Of a stretch of DNA of 59,828 nucleotides, positions 57,191 through 59,828 are shown one piece after another. The first letter of the stretch is position 1, and every line of letters starts with the position of its first letter. The notes beneath the pieces were generated by a model. That model was given only the letters and a program-made list of their open reading frames with translations, searched no databases and was not told the origin of the DNA. A program made the translations under genes and the position numbers. The stretch lies in the NCBI GenBank assembly GCA_964343985.1, contig CAYFLJ010000002.1, positions 1-59,828 of the forward strand. Reading direction: 5' to 3'. This DNA comes from an uncultured Thermoflexus sp. (GTDB lineage: Bacteria; Chloroflexota; UBA11872; UBA12225).

Positions 57191-58746
57191 GATGGGCTTT
57201 CCTGGGCGACGGTGCTGAGTTGATCGGCGAGGTCGAGCGCACGCAGGAGAGCGGCAGCCTTATTCAAGGTCTCTTGGTATTCCGCAGCCGGCGAGGAGTC
57301 GTACACGACGCCTCCGCCTGACTGCACATGTGCAACGCCGTCTTTGAGAACCATCGTTCGGATGGTGATTGCGGTGTCAAGATTGCCGTCGAACGAGAAG
57401 TAGCCGACGCATCCGGCGTAGGTGCCCCGCCGACACGGTTCAAGTTCAGCGATGACCTCCATGGCACGGATTTTTGGGGCACCAGAGACGGTCCCCGCCG
57501 GAAAGCACGCGCGCAGGGCGTCATATGCGTCGCAATCCTCGCGCAACTGCCCCTCTACTTGGCTCACAATGTGCATGACGTGCGAGTAGCGTTCGATCAC
57601 CATCAAGTCGGTCACTCGGACGCTTCCAGTCGCAGATATTCGTCCGATGTCATTCCGACCAAGATCGACAAGCATGACGTGTTCAGCACACTCCTTCTCA
57701 TCGGACAAGAGGTCGGCGGCGTTGGCGTCGTCACTGAATTGGTCGGCACCACGTGGTCTGGTGCCAGCGATGGGTCGAGTGCGTACGATGCCGTCTTCTA
57801 CCTGAACGAGCATCTCTGGGGACGCACCGGCGATTTGCATGTCGCCGAGATCTAAAAAGTACATGTACGGCGACGGGTTTACGGCCCGGAGGGCTCGATA
57901 GACCGTGAGCGGAGGTGCATCGACCCGTCGGCTAAGACGCTGACTAGGCACGACTTGGATCAAGTCACCGGCGGAAACGTAGTGGCGCGCGTGTTCGACC
58001 GCCGCCTCATAGGCGGCGCGCGAGAAGGTGCTTGACACGCCATCTGGCACCGATGAGATGGCTGGTCCGCGACCACCGACGACGGCGAGTGGTGCACGGT
58101 GCGCGCGTGGTGACGCAGGGACCTCAAGCCGTGAAGCTAGCGCGTCGACCCGAGCAATCGCTTCGCGCCACGCCGCCTCGACATCGCCCCGATGAGCGCG
58201 CACATCGGCATGCGCCAAGACGCGCATGCGATGCCGTACGTGGTCGAAGACGACAAGTGAATCCGCCAACATTAGGACGGCGTCAGGCAATTGGAGGTCG
58301 TCGCGTTCTGGGACAGGAAGTCGTTCAAAGTATCGCGCGCACTCGTACGCCAAATACCCAACGACGCCTCCAACAAAGCGCGGCATATCTGGTAATGCAA
58401 CTGGTTGGAACGGTGCAAGCAAGTCTCGCACATACACAAGTGGGTCGACAAAGGACGCGGTCTCTCGCGTGCCGTCGGCGTGTGTAACGTGTGCAATTCC
58501 ATCGCGTAATGACGCGACCAGACGAGGTTCGGTACCGATGAACGAGTAGCGCGCGAGACGTTCACCGCCCTCTACGCTCTCCAGAAGAAAACTATGTGTG
58601 CCCTTGGCGACCTTTTCGTACACCGACACGGGCGTTTCCATGTCAGCGAGGTAGTCACGATAGACCGGGATCAAGTTCCCGTGCGATGCCCAAGCGCGCG
58701 CAGCGTCAAGAGTTGGTGTGACGCCCATGGGGGAAGGCGTGGTCAT
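57187..58746 (-). CDS. trpE: anthranilate synthase component I
   Basis: LESVEGGERLARYSF, GASPEMLV, and a chorismate-binding C-terminal domain. The start is set at the ATG (MTTPSP). The ORF-track TTG at 58815 abuts the leader terminator U-tract. Confidence 0.9.
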   Translation of the reverse strand: MTTPSPMGVTPTLDAARAWASHGNLIPVYRDYLADMETPVSVYEKVAKGTHSFLLESVEGGERLARYSFIGTEPRLVASLRDGIAHVTHADGTRETASFVDPLVYVRDLLAPFQPVALPDMPRFVGGVVGYLAYECARYFERLPVPERDDLQLPDAVLMLADSLVVFDHVRHRMRVLAHADVRAHRGDVEAAWREAIARVDALASRLEVPASPRAHRAPLAVVGGRGPAISSVPDGVSSTFSRAAYEAAVEHARHYVSAGDLIQVVPSQRLSRRVDAPPLTVYRALRAVNPSPYMYFLDLGDMQIAGASPEMLVQVEDGIVRTRPIAGTRPRGADQFSDDANAADLLSDEKECAEHVMLVDLGRNDIGRISATGSVRVTDLMVIERYSHVMHIVSQVEGQLREDCDAYDALRACFPAGTVSGAPKIRAMEVIAELEPCRRGTYAGCVGYFSFDGNLDTAITIRTMVLKDGVAHVQSGGGVVYDSSPAAEYQETLNKAAALLRALDLADQLSTVAQESPS

Positions 58747-58817
58747 CGCGCGACCCGGCGGGCGGGAAACGTCGGATACATCGGCGGCGGCATCCTCACT
58801 TCGGGCGTCAGTCAATT

Positions 58818-58844
58818 ACAACAAACTCGTCCGTTGGGGACGAG
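58818..58844 (-). terminator. T-box expression-platform terminator
   Basis: On the minus strand, CTCGTCC-CCAAC-GGACGAG is followed by TTTGTTGT. Confidence 0.7.
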
Positions 58845-59157
58845 CGCCGTTTCCGACGTCCCGCGGTGCCACCCCGACTTAGGGCGCCCCACTGCTATGG
58901 GAGCGACCTCACTCATTCCGAACAGTGTCAAGCACGCAACAAGACACTTCGCCCGGCAAACCGTGGTAACGGGGGTTGACCCGGATTGGCTAGTGGGCGT
59001 GGAACGCCGTTCGCCGTTCGGCTCGCGGGGCCATTCCATCGCGAGGTTCCCGCCGAGCTCTCACCTGCCTCGGCTCTCTAGGGGGAAACCGACTGCGACG
59101 TACTTGTCCCGGTCGTTGCCAAAACTTTTCGGTTTGTGGGTACCGTGGCCGGACCCA
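58818..59157 (-). promoter_or_regulatory. T-box riboswitch leader of the trp operon (tRNA-Trp type suspected)
   Basis: Reading the minus strand gives:
- an AG-box AGAGAG (59079..59074) followed by a hairpin with a GGUGAGAG loop;
- GAUGGAAUGG, carrying two UGG triplets (59039..59031);
- an F-box CCGTTA (58972..58967);
- a T-box core AAGTCGGGGTGGCACCGCGGGACG (58880..58857);
- the 3' GGGACG of that core, which can pair with CGTCCC in the terminator's 5' arm. Confidence 0.75.
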
Positions 59158-59163
59158 TAGTCG

Positions 59164-59193
59164 AGTATGTCGGCCGCTCGACTTCCGTGTCAA
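59164..59193 (-). promoter_or_regulatory. sigma-70-like promoter for the trp leader
   Basis: On the minus strand, TTGACA (59193..59188), an 18-nt spacer, then CATACT (59169..59164). Confidence 0.45.
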
Positions 59194-59220
59194 ACCGTAT
59201 GTTGGTGAATCCTGACTAGC

Positions 59221-59246
59221 GGGGCGTGATCGTTCGATTTCGCGCC
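59221..59246 (+). other. tmRNA-5'-end-like sequence opening an ORF-free structured region
   Basis: GGGGCGTGATCGTTCGATTTCGCGCC resembles the recalled tmRNA 5' consensus (GGGGxUGA..GxUUCGAC..UUCGCGC). No T-arm or ..CCACCA 3' end was found downstream within the window. Confidence 0.2.
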
Positions 59247-59828
59247 GACGGCCCATACTTCCTGACGAACCACTTCCTTGACCGCATCTGCTTCATGCGT
59301 CGGGCGCGTTGGACTCCCGAAGGAGGCGCCTAGTCATGGACTACCTCTCCGTGCGCCGAAGTGGGATCCCGGCCCGCACGCGGCGGTACGCACAACAGTG
59401 GAGATACCTACGGGCCCGATCGGGTGCGGCGCTGCCACTCCCACAGATGCGTTGCTTGCGCGTGCAGGTGGACCCCGGCCACAGCCCTCCCCTATCACGA
59501 CGGTCAACGGACTATGCAAGACAGGTGATTTGCATGGTTTGGCACCGCCCCTACACGTCGAAGCTTAGGTTTCAGACGCCCATCACTTCGCGGCACAGCT
59601 ACCGACTGGCGGGTTGTCGACGAACGGTGCGACGCACCAGTGAGCGTTCCTTCCTGTGCACTTCTGATAGACAGCAACGTTAAGCACCAGCAACACCAGA
59701 CGGGAGTACGCCGGACCCAGCGTTCAGCGCGTATCGCGTAGCCACTCGACCAGGCGGCTCGTGTTGCCATTCGGCCTTGGAACCTCCACAGCGTGCATCA
59801 TCGGGGCACGATCCGTTCCATCCACAAT

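Noticed and set aside
59221-59640. Calling a complete tmRNA (ssrA) gene
   Set aside because: Only the first 26 or so nt match tmRNA expectations. No tag-like reading frame ending in ..AA-stop, no T-arm and no acceptor 3' strand with CCA could be found on either strand within the window.
59278-59770. ORFs 59278..59568 plus, 59309..59683 plus and 59504..59770 minus as protein genes
   Set aside because: They are short, mutually overlapping, and Arg/Pro/Cys-rich, with no motifs. The region looks like structured RNA rather than coding sequence.
1-59828. CRISPR arrays, IS elements, integrases, prophage or defence-system genes
   Set aside because: I saw no direct-repeat/spacer arrays, transposase- or recombinase-like ORFs, or restriction, toxin or nuclease-NTPase gene pairs. 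The only integrase-like signal is the isolated SAM-like domain fused to GreA.

Overview
This is a 59.8-kb high-GC bacterial chromosomal window, densely coding and mostly metabolic or housekeeping. No transposase, integrase, CRISPR array, rRNA or tRNA was recognised. The gene content and RNA-regulation style suggest a Chloroflexota/Thermomicrobia-like or similar deep monoderm lineage; this is inference only.

Gene content from left to right:
- A 5'-truncated GH4 glycosidase, tail-to-tail with an Opp/Dpp-type ABC importer (Tat-signal binding protein, 2 permeases, 2 ATPases).
- An unknown protein followed by a 1026-aa secreted TasA-like/LamG/DUF2341-like protein.
- An AMP-forming acyl-CoA synthetase.
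- A mixed catabolic island: RraA-like aldolase, isochorismatase-family hydrolase, TIM-barrel isomerase, a 634-aa unknown protein, a GS-like ligase, two SDRs and an enolase-superfamily dehydratase.
- A solitary flagellin gene.
- A Gfo/Idh/MocA oxidoreductase and an Ldh_2-family oxidoreductase.
- A stand-alone TrpB2 behind a Ser/Thr kinase.
- amt, a ThDP enzyme, hemW, an amidohydrolase, rdgB and a DinG-like helicase.
- A six-gene shikimate operon (DAHP synthase-aroA-aroE-aroC-aroK-aroB).
- A PilZ protein, three tandem paralogous about-74-aa membrane proteins, a GreA-like factor with an extra N-terminal domain, a zinc-ribbon membrane protein and maf.
- On the minus strand, trpE-G-D-C-F-trpS-trpB-A.

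Most interesting observations:
1. An unannotated 29-codon aromatic-rich leader ORF (..W..F....FFYAF..) plus an intrinsic terminator lies upstream of the shikimate operon. This looks like a candidate ribosome-mediated attenuator on a leaderless-looking transcript.
2. A T-box leader with UGG triplets and a terminator/antiterminator precedes the trp operon, which also carries trpS.
3. A triplicated family of small membrane proteins shares its N-terminal LEDF-Pro-rich motif with the N-terminus of the adjacent GreA fusion protein.
4. About 600 nt at the right edge is ORF-free and highly structured. It begins with a tmRNA-5'-like sequence, but no tmRNA 3' end is visible.

Coordinates of hairpins and motifs were counted by hand and may be off by 1-2 nt.
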